A stretch of 63,150 bases of DNA, filler included, from Choristocarpus tenellus KU-1152 (Eukaryota > Protista > Phaeophyceae): the NCBI GenBank assembly GCA_964200185.2. It is 12 parts of 12 records of this genome, joined end to end, with 100 filler letters (N's around TTAATTAATTAA, not from the genome) between each part and the next. Parts side by side here need not be neighbours in the genome. Positions count along the whole stretch, not along the records: positions 1 to 7,378 come from CAXNAD020006243.1; positions 7,479 to 19,446 come from CAXNAD020002045.1; 10 more parts are not named here. One strand, given 5' to 3'. Numbering within the stretch: position 1 is the first letter of the stretch; each line of letters begins with the position of its first letter. This document shows, piece after piece, positions 1-12,300 of this stretch. The translations under genes were made by a program, and so were the position numbers. The notes beneath the pieces are model-generated. The model saw only the letters and a list, made by a program, of their open reading frames with translations. It had not been told where the DNA came from and did not search any database.

Positions 1-454
1 GGTGACCCCATAACACAGACCGGTATAGGTGCCACTGTTAGGCAGTCAAGTTCTGTGATAAGGGGGGTCCACTCCTTTGAGAACCATTAGGGAGGAGGTT
101 CGGGAAAGTAGTGGGAGATTGGGTTGAGACGTGCTAGGATAGGGTTTATACCCTGAGAGCAGCATATTCCTCAATCCGTGGCTTCACTGGTTGGAATCCA
201 CCATCCATCTCGGTATCTCACTACGAGCCAGTAATGTATTTGCCCCACACCACATCACCTTGATGGGCCGCAATGGGAAAAGTCTGTGCACTCAACAAAT
301 ATGACTGCCCGCAGTCTGTCGCATCAAGGTTGTGGAGATCCCAAATGGGCCCCGTCCTCGGCAGAACTGCTGTTTGAACCATTATAAAAATATTGTGGCA
401 TTTTGGTTGGCAGGACAATAATACTGTGGAACAATATGTTAATGGTTTAAGACT

Positions 455-710
455 GAGTGAAAATATCTTAAGGGGTATGAGTTTTTCCCTGTTTGTCCAT
501 TTGGGTCTTGGCTTCCCACGGGTTTTTTATGACATCTTGCTACTCCAAAATGCTTCGTAGTAGGTATAATGTATACGTTATGAAAAGGTGTCCAGAACAC
601 GGATATTGACACTTCCCAACAAATACAATGACCAAAACTATATCAAAATCGCAACATTGGATTTTGGCCCCCAAATGGACGTGGCTCTACCCTCTAAGAC
701 ACTTTGACTC
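455..710 (+). mobile_element. MITE family A (~257 bp, TIR GAGTGAAAGTATCTTAGAGGGTA...TACCCTCTAAGATACTTTGACTC), copy 1
   Basis: ~23-bp imperfect TIRs; collinear with copies at 12599, 14153, 35877, 59821 and 61223; flanked by ACT/ACT. Confidence 0.9.
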
Positions 711-1047
711 ACTTTGTTTACAGAATTGTACCATACCTCCATCAAATAATTTTCTCACAGTGGTAATTGTGGTCTACGTTTTGGTAGGCTGCCGCCAAAA
801 CCCCTCCTTTGAAATCATCACTAAGTGTTGGGGTCATCATCACCCTTTACTGTTGGACCCTTGGGGCAAGCAGAACAACTACACCAGTAGATTTTACGTG
901 GGTTACAGTAGATTTTTCTTCCCTCCTCCCCCAATTTTTTTCTTTACCCTGATCATGATACTGATTTTGCATGTAACTGGTGTCAAGACCAGTGCTGCTT
1001 TTGTTAATCAAATTGATTGGTTAAATGTTTGGGACTCTTACTGAGCA

Positions 1048-2714
1048 CTTCCTGCATTCAGAATTAAATATAACGTAAATTTTGCAGCCCTGATGAAAAG
1101 GCAAGTTTTTTTCACATGCTCATGTTTTATTAGTGTATTTTTATTGTGCAGACACTAAAAGGCTGCCCGCCAGACTCTCAAGCAAAATGGGGCAGCCTAC
1201 ACCTATCTATGATTCCACCCCCCAAAACTCCATTCCAGCACGGTATTTTACCGCATCCACTGGGGCATGCGGGGGGAGGTTGTCTGCCTTCTCAGCCTTT
1301 TCCTTGTTAAGATCAGGAATTTTGAAGATGCTCTCCCTTGGACCCCAGCACTTCACCACAGACTACAGAGAGGCTCTGCTAGACACACTCAACTTTCTCC
1401 TGGGGGTACATTTTGAACCCCTCCATTGTCACCTCCACCAGCTCCAGTGTATTGGTCACACCCATGTCTTCAGTTGCTGGATGGAACAAAGAATCCGAGG
1501 TTGTTGATATTGAGGTCAGGTGACTCGGCCGACTGGGTCTCTATGACATGTCATCCTCCGCTGCCCCCTCGATTGCCTCCATGATCCCCCCTCTGGTGTG
1601 TAGCTTTGTGCTGTCCTACTGTACAAAGATGGTGTATCCTTCGTGTCTAGGCATGCGGGCCTTGATTGCCAGGATGGCATCCTTGATCATGAGCTTCTTA
1701 TACCTCTCCCCACCCACCATGGCTAACACAAGCACCTCAGTGCTCTTGGGGCAGTGTTTACTGGAGCAGTGAGCGACCTTAGTGTCCATGGTTCACGGTT
1801 TTCCCATTGAGCCACATCCCATTGGAAAGCTTCCTAGGGTGGGCCACATCTGCAAGGAACAACACCTGTGCCCGTGGGGGGTTGGGGAGGTCCTCAGCAG
1901 GGTGCAGGTACATACTTTGCCCATCTTTGAGAATGTAAAACCACCTCTCATCCACTTATACCCCACTTCCCACCTCTTTTGTGTGTTAGTGATGACGAAA
2001 CTCACCCTGTTGCATTCTGCTGGTCTGAGAGGATTGGCTTAATCCACCACTTGACTTTCTTCACCTTCTTAAGCTTGCACAGATCCCACAGCGAGGCAAG
2101 GGAGACTCCAGCTTTAGCCGTCCATTTTTGGAAGATTTTGTGGTTTACCGATAGGACATCCCAAACGTTGAGGATGCTTGTACCGCGACCACATTGCCCC
2201 TTGCAACATCGTACAAGATCCATGGGTTCACACCATGCAATCTGGCTGCCATACTCCTTCAGATGACGGAACACAGTGATTTGGGAAATTCCCAAGTCCT
2301 CTGCAATGGCCGCAGCCATCCCCTGAGGCATCCGAGTCTCATGCTCTCTCGACCCCTGGCACCAAACCACCAAGCTGTTCTTTGTGAGGGTGTTTTGAGT
2401 CAAGACTCCAGATATGCTTCTGGGCAAGAATTGGCACTGATAGGCAACTACAGATGAGCAAGGCACTCAAACAATACGGACTCTTTGTCCTAGGCATCCA
2501 GTTTCATGAGGTTTTTGAGCCCCGTCAAGTGCGACTTGGTTGACTTTGCACTGGTGATCCTCCACAGTCATGACAGCCCACTATCTCAAACTTTGCACAC
2601 CTCCAAATCTATATAAGGACTAATCCCCATCCAGTGGGTTTATCATGTGGGTCGTTCCTGGGCTAGAACAGAGCTTACAAGAGCAACGATGCATTTAATT
2701 CCAAGCAGAGGAAG
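1048..2714 (-). mobile_element. Decayed Tc1/mariner (DD39D-like) DNA transposon with pseudogenised transposase
   Basis: Minus-strand motifs V*VDERWFY, IFVQ*DSTKLH and QSAESPDLNINNLGFF. Imperfect TIRs CTTCCTGCATTCAGAATTAAAT (1048) and the reverse complement CTTCCTCTGCTTGGAATTAAAT (ends 2714), flanked by CA/TA. Stops and frameshifts present. Confidence 0.85.
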
Positions 2715-3072
2715 TAGGAGGTTGAGGAGAGTCAATATTCTAATAGCATTGAGTTCTGAAATATCTAATCACTAGCCATAGTTGTGTGAACATCAGAGGG
2801 TTGATACATTATGCCTCAGTATAATTTAATTTTTCAGAGTATCATTTGTGAATGATTGCAGTCTATAGAATAAAAAAGACCAGATCCTACAGTGTGGCAT
2901 TCATTCAAGCTGATTAAGACCTGCAAGTATCCCCAAGAACAACCACATAAATACAGGGTACTAAGTACTTACAGTTGAAACTCTGATGTCTCTCACTACC
3001 CTATGCCTGACCTACTTCCACCATTAATATTAAAAAGAGAATGTCATGTCTGTTTTTGCTCGGGTCTAAAGA

Positions 3073-5897
3073 TACTGCTTGAAAGTCCTGAAGGCTAACT
3101 CCCTACATTGTTCTTTGAAAAATGTACTTGCAAACAGAGAACTTACAGGAGGGAGGGAGGATGACGAAGGGAGGCCTCTGGAGGGGGGAAAGTGCACTGT
3201 GGCCTCCAACAATAGCACTGGGGTCAATGCCCTCCCTAAGGAGAACTTCAATGAAGTGAAGTCGTTCCAAATCCAATTGTTGATGCACCTGCTATCGTCT
3301 CTGCTTTCGCTCAGACAGGTTAGTTCGTACTTTGTGTTATTGTGATGTATTCGGGTGATTTGAGGCTGTTGTGCTTCTGCTGCGCTCAGAATAGGCATTT
3401 GGTGGTTTTATACGTTAAAATGTCTCAAAAAGTTTTGCATAGCGTTTTTGTTGCATGTGAATGACCTAAAATTATTAGTCAGTGCAAACAGGTGTTCATA
3501 ACATACAAGGACAATGCCCTATGTTTTTATGTTTGGTACACACATATGCTTCAAGTAGTTCACAATTATTGTACTTCCCAAATCACATGCAATACATTTG
3601 TTGTTCATCTCTGTGATGTTAAGATAATTTGTATAATACACTCTCTATCGAATTATGTTGGTGCTATAGTTCATTTCACATTCCACATCCATACCCATCA
3701 GACCAAATGTAACCCTTAAAACCACTCACTCCTCTTCTCCCTGGCCCAAATATTTCAGACCCAATTATTATACCTTGGACAAGGGCCTCACCCAGAGGCT
3801 GCTGCATGCTTGGCAGACATGGCTGAGGCACTGAGTGAGTATGCACGGCAAATCCTTCACTCGCCAACTAGTACAGGAACTGGTGTCAGGGTTGAATATG
3901 ATGAGGAATTAGATATCTGTCTTGGTGCTTGAATCTTTTTTAGTATCAAACTTTTGTTCCATTAAACAGTTCTTCCAAGGAATCTAGGCACTACTTAAAT
4001 ATTACTCTATACCAAGTGTAAAAGTACACGGTGTGGGTATGAGCCAAACCAATTGAGAGGTAAGGTCCAACTGAAAGGTAGGGCAGGTTTGGACCGTTTT
4101 GCTTTCTAAGCCATCTTTCTTGCCCTGTACAATACACTCTATTTCACTGCTTGATGTGAAAAGTAGTGAACACAACGTTGATATTCCCCCTTACCACACA
4201 CAATCTGACACCACAATTCAGAATAGGCTCTTTCTGTATCTGTAATAATGGGATTTTTTCCTCTTTTGGGATCCTAAAAATGTAACCCTGCCAACATCTC
4301 AGTTGGTTTGATTCTCTGGTGCTTGTCCGTTTGTAAATTACAATTTCCGGTGCTGACTTAGGCTTGCCTCAATTCTTCTCTTCTCTATCTACTCACTACG
4401 AATGGTCTGTCACTTCCATGCATCTGTTCACCATCTCATCTCTCATGCTTTTTCCCCAGGCAGTACGCTCTATTTCATTGCTTTATGTGCACAATAGTGA
4501 ACGCAATTGGTATTACCCCTTTCCACATACAAAGTGACACCACAATTCAGCAAGGACTATTTCTGCAATTGTACGTATTGGCATTTTTTTCCCTTGGGAT
4601 CTTTTGAATACAACCCTACCTACTTCTATCTTGGTTTGACTCCATTCCGGTATTGGATCTAGGAATGGTAGATGTGCTGGCAGTCTCGCGCCCTAGTCTG
4701 GTAATTAAATGTTCCGCAATTGCTCTGGAATTCCTCGTTTGTACAGAAGCAGTTTGTCACATGGTGCATGTCAAGAACCACATACTGTAGAGAGTCACGG
4801 AGAATGAAAGCAGCAAATCAGTTGTCAATATTGTTCTATGCTCGGGCACCTTGTACAGTAAGGTGCACACTACTGAAGCGGGATTGAAAGACTTCAATTG
4901 TCAGAAACACTGTCACCACCGCCATTTGATTTGTCTTCCTCATGTGCTAACCTTCACCAGTATCACACTACATTCACTTCTCATGTCATCTACCTCGCCT
5001 TACACATGCATTCCACAAGCACTACAGATATCTGGAGGAGGGGCTAAACAAGGTCTCCTTCAATGATGCCTGCTTACCGGGGTCATATTTATTTTGAGAG
5101 TTATGTCAATGTGTTGTGTGATACAGGCAACGACCATTCAAGTATAGTACACAACAAGAGAGTAAATTGTGTCAAATTGCAACAGGAAAAGTAGTCATTT
5201 AGGATATTGTTTTGTGTGGGGCTTGGTGTTTTCAGGTGTTTAGCTGCATTCCCTTCAACCCAAAAAAAATAGATGCACTTCGGTTGGGTGGTCAGAACGT
5301 AGGAGGGTAACAAAGTAATGAATTACAGGTGGTACAATGACTTTTTACCCTTCTTCGATTCACATAAAGGCCATCATACCTTCCCCAAATTACTGTACCA
5401 TTCTAAGAAGGGGCAAAAGCTATTGTTTCCTGATTTTCCTAGTTCCATTTTAAGTCCTCAAAATTCTTACACGGCTGCTACACCCAAATCCCTCGGAACA
5501 CATGCCACTTGTTTGCATCTGGACAGGGATGTTACTAGCATATGGGGCTGAGGGCAAGCGTGGCATCTCTCTTCTTCCAGGACCACATAAGTATTGTCTG
5601 ATGCAGTCATCACCAGCCTGCACAGCAAAGGGTCACACTATCCAAGTCAAATATGGTAACACACCTTTGAGTGCAGGTTCAGTTAGTGGTGGTGACACCC
5701 AACAGGGTGCGGTTACTGTGCCACTTGTAAAGGACAAAACAATTTTGATATCTCACAAAGAGGGAGTAATTGGCGGCTGGTTCAGTGAAGGAGGGGTAGG
5801 GATTAGTGCATCCTTGTTGGAACGAGAATGTGACAAGGCTGCTCGAAAAATTGGACGCATTTTTGCCTCCCCTCCCATACAAGATGCTTTAGCTTGA
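3073..5897 (+). CDS. Putative 3' exons of an unidentified gene (candidates ~3073-3318 and ~5527-5897)
   Basis: Open frames bounded by AG/GT (CAG|GTTAGT at ~3318; GACAG|GG at ~5526); last exon ends ...ASPPIQDALA*. No family recognised, and the phases need an intervening exon. Confidence 0.3.
4041..4314 (+). mobile_element. Old MITE family E (GAGCCAAACCAATTGAGA...TCTCAGTTGGTTTGATTC)
   Basis: Terminal inverted repeat; diverged relatives at ~4460-4642, ~22330-22430 and ~34640-34801, ending in TTTGACTC/TTCAACTC/TTTGGCTC. Confidence 0.55.
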
Positions 5898-6021
5898 GGT
5901 TGTTCGGATAGATAAATATTTGAATGGTGTAGAGAATTTTCACAATTGAGTCAGTAGAAGATTGTTGATATTTAACACTTCATATTATTATAATATCATT
6001 TATCCATACGGCTACCCTTTC

Positions 6022-6614
6022 TGTAATAGTCTCTCTCTAGTAGGACTGCATTGCTTAGTCAAGATTGGAAGTGAGTTGGTGGGATTCTCTCTACTACTAC
6101 TCCCACTGACAGTCGTCTAGAACAAAACTTCCAGAAGTCCCAAACGTCTCAATTTTATTACACGCTCCAGAAGCTTACCCCCACAAGATGTGTACCTCCA
6201 ATCCACAAGCCCATAGAAAATGCCGATACTCGCGCAAGCCTCTCAGGATACTTCAACAGTCCAGAGGAGTCAATCGCACACCAGGATAGTCGAACGTCAG
6301 CTCAGCAAAACATGGGGTACTTCTCATTTTTGAATATCAATGGGTAATTAGAATCAAGAAAAGAAGTGCTTGGAGCCTGTTTACAGAGTTTATACAGCAG
6401 CGCTCTATATTTCTTTTATTATCTGCTGTTTATTTTGTTTTGGTAAACAGAAGTTGGAATACATCTGAAAACTGTTGCGACATTCCCACGTTACAGATCT
6501 TACTCCGCAACCTTTAGTAAATCGGAGTTCCTCTTTATAAGGTTTCCTATGTGTGTATTCTGCTCACGCTTGTTAGAACGCGAGAAGAAATACTCGCACT
6601 ATTCATGTGTAACA
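6022..6614 (-). mobile_element. Probable 3' LTR of the Copia element
   Basis: Starts TGTTACA on the minus strand right after a purine-rich tract (GGGGGGAG...GGAGAGTA) downstream of Copia RNase H. Its first 74 bp match 25745-25818. The left boundary (TGTAATA) is tentative. Confidence 0.55.
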
Positions 6615-6829
6615 TACTCTCCAAAATCTTCATTTACTCCCCCCCATTATATACACCATCACCCAATACAAAGGTTTAGAATAATATCACCTCAATAACA
6701 ATGTACTTCAACCAATCACTCATTTCTATGTCCAATTCAGTTTTTCCATTTAACAGCCGATTTCAAAAATTGAGGATGGGCTTGACCCAAAATTGACTGG
6801 GATGAAGTGTCGATATGTTTCTTCTTGTA

Positions 6830-7205
6830 TTGAATTACCTCAATGTGCTTATTCAAAGTCTTATAATCTAATGCCTTGGTCAGCACATCCGTGTGCTGTT
6901 CTCCTGTCTTGGTGTAGATATTGACCTTTCTCGCTTGTACGGCATTTTTAACAAAGCGGTATTTTATGTCAAAGTGCCTTTTCCTCTTGCTACTAAACGG
7001 GTTATGGGTTAGCTTGATGCCCCCTTGGTTGTCCTTCATTGTAGTAACAGTGTAGTCTCTCAAATTTGGATTCATATGTTGTACCTGGCATAGGAACAGT
7101 ACTTCCTTCAGCACTTCGACCAGAGTAACATACTCCGATTCTAAAAGTAGCTACGCCAACCATTTCCTGAGTTATCGAAAACCAGCTTATCGTGGAACCT
7201 CCAAG
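6830..7205 (-). pseudogene. Ty1/Copia pol fragment (RNase H domain), degenerate
   Basis: GGSTISWFS...ESEYVTL...DNQGGIKLTHNPFSSKRKRHFDIKYRFVK...EQHTDVLTKAL matches the Copia RNase H consensus (DNxxAI..NP..H.R.KH.DI.YHF; ADxLTK.L). Confidence 0.9.
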
Positions 7206-7207
7206 TA

Positions 7208-7555
7208 ACAGGGGAATCTCAAAATTGAGGAAGGCGCGGGACTATGAGGATGTTTTTTTTGCGGAAAATGTCTTAAAAAAGTACCCAAAGGTTTTTTGAA
7301 GGGCCCCTTTTATGACCTTTTTTTGGAAATGTTTCGGCACTTTTGAAGGGTCCGCAAATGTTTTTGTTCAGATATTACNNNNNNNNNNNNNNNNNNNNNN
7401 NNNNNNNNNNNNNNNNNNNNNNTTAATTAATTAANNNNNNNNNNNNNNNNNNNNNNNNNNNNNNNNNNNNNNNNNNNNGTACTTTTTTAAGACTATTTTC
7501 GAAAAACAACCATCCTCATAGTCCCACGCCATCCTCAATTTTGCGAATCCCCTGT
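7208..7555. mobile_element. MITE family B ends (TA|ACAGGGGATTCTCAAAATTGAGGATGG...), halves on either side of a contig gap
   Basis: 7208-7378 and 7479-7555 are reverse complements of each other; further ends at 22238-22269 and 44681-44721, and a remnant at ~6751-6780; every end is bordered by TA (Tc1/mariner-like TSD). Confidence 0.75.
7379..7478. other. Artificial contig-joining spacer N44-TTAATTAATTAA-N44. Also at 19447-19546, 22138-22237, 25645-25744, 29543-29642, 37325-37424, 41572-41671, 44722-44821, 52007-52106, 55349-55448 and 58343-58442
   Basis: Identical 100-bp spacer with stops in all six frames; genes are cut mid-exon at spacers (AP1M1, ENGase). Confidence 0.98.
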
Positions 7556-8823
7556 TATCCGGGGATGAATGAATTCCATCATTGATATGACTCTACTCAA
7601 ATCAACCCTAACTATTCTGGTTTACACGTAGGGGACAAGAGTAATCCCTAGGTAAGGAAGGGATGGTACGGGAGTTGGAATAGCTGCCTCCAGTGTATGC
7701 TCATGGATAGGCTCCACCCTCACATGATATGTATTAGAAAAGATGGAATGTTAATGAACTTAGTTATTTGGCTTGGCCGCAACAGTCGAAGTTGGGGGTT
7801 AACACAGGGATAGATAATAGGTGTATTTATCCCAGGAGTGGGGGGCAACTACGTTGGTACAGTAGGAAGTAAGATATGAAGATTATATTCCTTCCCTTCA
7901 CCTGCCCTCAAAAAAACACTTTTCCATTTCCATAACTAAAAGGAGGCTTGGGAGTAGTGCATCAGACGTACTTACCAGAACATGAGTATGTATCTTGTCC
8001 CAGTAGTCAAGAGGTAGAAAAGTAGACAGGGATATAGATTGCACGTGGCTCTGGTTGGGGAGTGAAGGCAACCGAGTTGGCAAAGAGAGGGAAATGACAT
8101 ATTTATCTATATTCCTCTATCCCGTAAGTATGTATCGTGGTTTTGTGAAAAACGTTTTCACATGTGAGATTCAGAAATGCAAATAATATCGTTCCAAAGC
8201 CAACAACATTAATTTGCACATGGATATCTAAAAAAAAAAATCATTTCGAAAGGGTTGAGAAACCAGACTTTGAACGCAAATGTTTTTTTTAGGAAATGGC
8301 AGAAAAAACCGCAAAATTGGGCGAAAGTGACTGTAAGTAGTGGGTATTTCTTGAGACGCTCAAGGGAAGAGATACATGCTCTGAGTAGACGTTGTATGGT
8401 TGACAGATGTCGACTGTTCCATACTTCCTACATATGCATTATGATGTTCTAAGCGTTTTTGACGATGCTATGATGAGGTGATCATGATGTAAATGTCACT
8501 AACAACCACTATTACTGATACACGAATCAACACTCAGTTTGAACTAGTAATGTTGTATGGTATCAAGTATCTTATTTTAAAAAAGAACATCTTAAATTAA
8601 TCATATATACGTATACGTATTATTTTTGATGCATTGGTTGATTGATGATTGGGAACTAGGGGAGAAAATTGGTCACATGGATAGTCATTGCATATCAATG
8701 ACAGAAATTGACGGCATTGGTAGGTTAGTCGATATTGTGAGTGGATATCAGTGTACTGTGCTCTGGTTTGTGTGTTGATATCATAAGCCGAAAGTGGTCG
8801 CATGATGTATGGAGTGAGTGGTG

Positions 8824-9101
8824 TGACGTCAATAAAGGGGTACGGAGGGGATGTAGAATCAACAAACTAATGTGTAGTGTGAAACCAGTGAAAATCGGCA
8901 GAAACGTTCTTCACAATAATGGGTACCTACCGTGAAGACGCACAGGAGGAATGGAAGGGATTGAGATAAGGCAGAATAATAGTAAGCATTAGGAGGTAGG
9001 TCACTTGCGAAGGAGTGACAAGGTCATTCATTTAATGAGGGGAGGTTGTAAGCTCTAATCAACAATCCGATCTTGACGTCATCAGGAAGAAATGCTGACG
9101 T
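8824..9101 (+). promoter_or_regulatory. Cluster of CRE/bZIP-type TGACGT motifs upstream of the SGNH-like gene
   Basis: TGACGTCA at 8824-8831 and 9074-9081, and TGACGT at 9096-9101, all within 480 bp of the ATG at 9301. Confidence 0.35.
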
Positions 9102-9300
9102 GGTGGGAGGAAACAAATTTGAAAATAATATTCTAAAGGCAGGACACTTTGTAGGTAGTAATGCGTTCGTAGAGTGATGAATTGGTTCGTATGTTCTCAT
9201 GGCAAAAGGAAGAGATTTTCCATGTTGAACTCGTCAACAGGAATCGACCACATCGAACAAGACAGAACATCCAACTACAGTGTGTCAGTAGGGGAGGAGA

Positions 9301-12300
9301 ATGGCAGACCAATGTCGCACAATCCATCTACTGTTACCATGGCTCTCTATAGGTTTGATTGTCTTGGCATCCTTCGCGTTCAGAGGACGATCCCAGAATG
9401 CTCCCTTTGGTCTGCAAGTAGGTCCTGCAAAAAGTCTCGGACTGCAAGAGCGCCCAACATCAAGAAGACTTCACAACCCTTCGACAGAATGGAATAGCAC
9501 GACAGAACATGGGTATGAGTGCTGGCCTGGCGATTTCGATTGCTATCACCAGGAGCCTCTACCTTTCCCCATGTACCCAATCACCCCTGAGATGTTTAAG
9601 AGATCTATTCCCTTTGAAGGCTCGTCCTTCTTGCTACACCAGGCTTTTCGAAAGGCCAGGATATCTGGCGTCTTGAATGTGGTGATAATGGGTGGGTCGA
9701 TGACTCTTGGGCATGGATGTACCTCACCCAGAGGTCTAAGTGGTAAAGAATGCGCTTGGGGCGGGCGCCTGCAACAGTGGTTCGACAAGAGATTAAGTGG
9801 CATCCGGGTCAAGGTGAGATGAGCTCAAATCATTGTCTCCTCAGTTGCCTTAAATCTCGCAAGGTCCTCTCAACTTGGGACAAGTAGAGAGTAGTTGTGA
9901 CTTGCCCATCGTGTGCGCAAATTTTCTTAGATGTCCACAAGAGAATGGAATATATCAACTAGAGCGACCACACCACGTGTACCATCGCCTAGGGATGTGG
10001 TTTTCCGGTCCAAACGTGTAGAAGTCTTTTTGTGTCCGTGGTGAGTCGTGTGTGGTGAAGCTTTTATATACTTAGTGGTGGCGGAGGTCACTGGGATGGG
10101 TGGTGCATTGCTCAGGTGGCTCAGCAAGGAACAGGTTATCCAGGGACAGCAGGCCAACGAACTTGGCTTCCCAGTGAACCGTGGGCTGCTTTGAGCTTGT
10201 TCTGTTCCGTTTTTATTATGTTTATCTCGGACCTTTGGATCCAATTTTAACGAACCTCACGTCCGTTTTCAGAGGACATTCAAAAGTTGCAACCTTGTTG
10301 TCAAGTGAATGAAGGACAGGTGAAGGGTTTTCGGGATGCTGATTTTATCGTGTTCATGTCGGGGTTACTCATTTTAGGATTGGTTCACGTTTAGCCAAGG
10401 GTTTAATATGGAACTGGACTTGATTGTTACTATCTTCTTCCGCATAGGATGGAGAGTTGTGTTGCATCTAAATTGGCAGGGTGCTGTATGTTACATGGGG
10501 CGTTATTCTGTAAGTTTTTGGTCAACTTCGATAAGCAATAGCATCTATAATGTTCGATTTATATACAAAATACATACATTTGGCACTCTGCTGCAACTCA
10601 GCCTCAATTGTCCACCTCTTGGCTGAGTGTGTTTTGATCAAGTTGCGTCCTGCCTCCCATTCCCTCTTGAATGACGGTAAACAGATGTCCCCATTGAACA
10701 TAAACTTCAAAAAACACTCCTGATAGCAGCTACCCTCCGGTTGGGGGCAAGTTAAGTTAACATAAAATGTCACAACAACATGATGTGGTTGATTGAGATT
10801 TATGGATCTCTTGTTGTTCGTTCTCTCTCACGATTTTTTCTTGCTCTTGTAGATGCCGACTGTATAACCCTAAACCTAACCCTAACCCTAACCCTAACCT
10901 TTTTGGGGGAGGGGGTTGGGAGGAGTATTGGTTAGGGATAAAATCCTGCAGCTCCCTCTGTAGATATCCTCGGGAGGGAATGGGAGGAATTCAGAGCTTT
11001 CGATCCTTTGTTGCCATGTTAGTTTTGTATAAGTTGTAGGGCTTCTTGCAGTGGCACTGAAACTTGCCAGAGGTTGAAAACCCACAGTTCTCCCTTTCAC
11101 ACAGGTAACCTGGTACGAAAAGTATACTAAGTTCCTATATGAGCATTTTTTCAAAGAATGGATTGAGTAGTCACTGCCTGTAGATCTGTGTTTCATTGCG
11201 TTCTTTTGTGTAACAATTTGTTTTTAATATTGTGAATGCAATGTACCTGACACTCACAGTCTTCCCCCCACACTCATGAACTATATGCACAGATTTTGAA
11301 CAGGGCAATCCAATCATGTGCCCTGTGCTGCCACCTGCCACATCTAAGCCAGACCATTCCTTCGAGTATGGATGTGGACATCATCATTGCTGACTTTGGC
11401 ATCAATGACTCCTACTTTGATCAGGTGAACACCTTATCACACCCAACAGGTGTATCTTATAGCAGTACATAAAACAACACTAGTAGATTAGTTGATTTGT
11501 TGGCTAGCTAAGGGGGTGGAACCCCTCGCATAGGGATATGATAGAATCGTTTTTTACGTCGTATGTTGCTACTAAGGCCATTTATATATAAATGTCAATG
11601 ATTTGGCTTGCAAGCAAAAAATTCTGTACTGCTTCACAATAATTTTTTATTTTTTATTTTAGAGATTGTCTTGTCGAGTCTACCATCGAACTAAATGAGA
11701 GTAGGACAAAGGGAACACGAGAAATTAACGGTCTTGTTGCAGGGTCCAAATCAAGGTGCAACAATTTTTTTGCGTAAGGGTTTTAAGAACCGTTCATTGA
11801 GTATTTCCTTAACCGGGGGTTTTCTTACGCATGAGGGCCCTTACCCAACTCTAATTTCATTGGTAACGTTTAATCCTGCCCATCTAGATGGCACTGCCAG
11901 TTGATCATTCTGTGTTACGTACAATGTGTCCTTTCTTGACAGTCCTTATTAATGAAGGGTTTAGGAAGGTGTGGAGCAACAACACGTGATGAATTGGTGA
12001 TCAGCACTCAAATGTTGTTGCACCCCTGAACTTTATCCCCACCACTTCTGTATCCATTCAAGTTCAGACAATATTTCAGCCCTCAACCATACTTGGCAAG
12101 ACAAGGTCACTGGTTGTTCTAGCAAGTGCTATCTATAAACACTAATCCGATGCGCTTAGATGAGTGTCATATTCAGTCACCAATGTGGTACACAAAATCT
12201 CCCTCAAATAGACCATTGACCTAACCCTGTACCGAAGCCCACACCACCGCCATCCAGCTTTTTCGTGTTTCCATTTTGTTATTCACCGCAAGACAGAAAT

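Noticed and set aside
7208-7555. A single MITE spanning the gap (likewise 58324-58605)
   Set aside because: The Copia frame does not resume after the gap and the second pair has no TSD; contigs simply break at high-copy repeats
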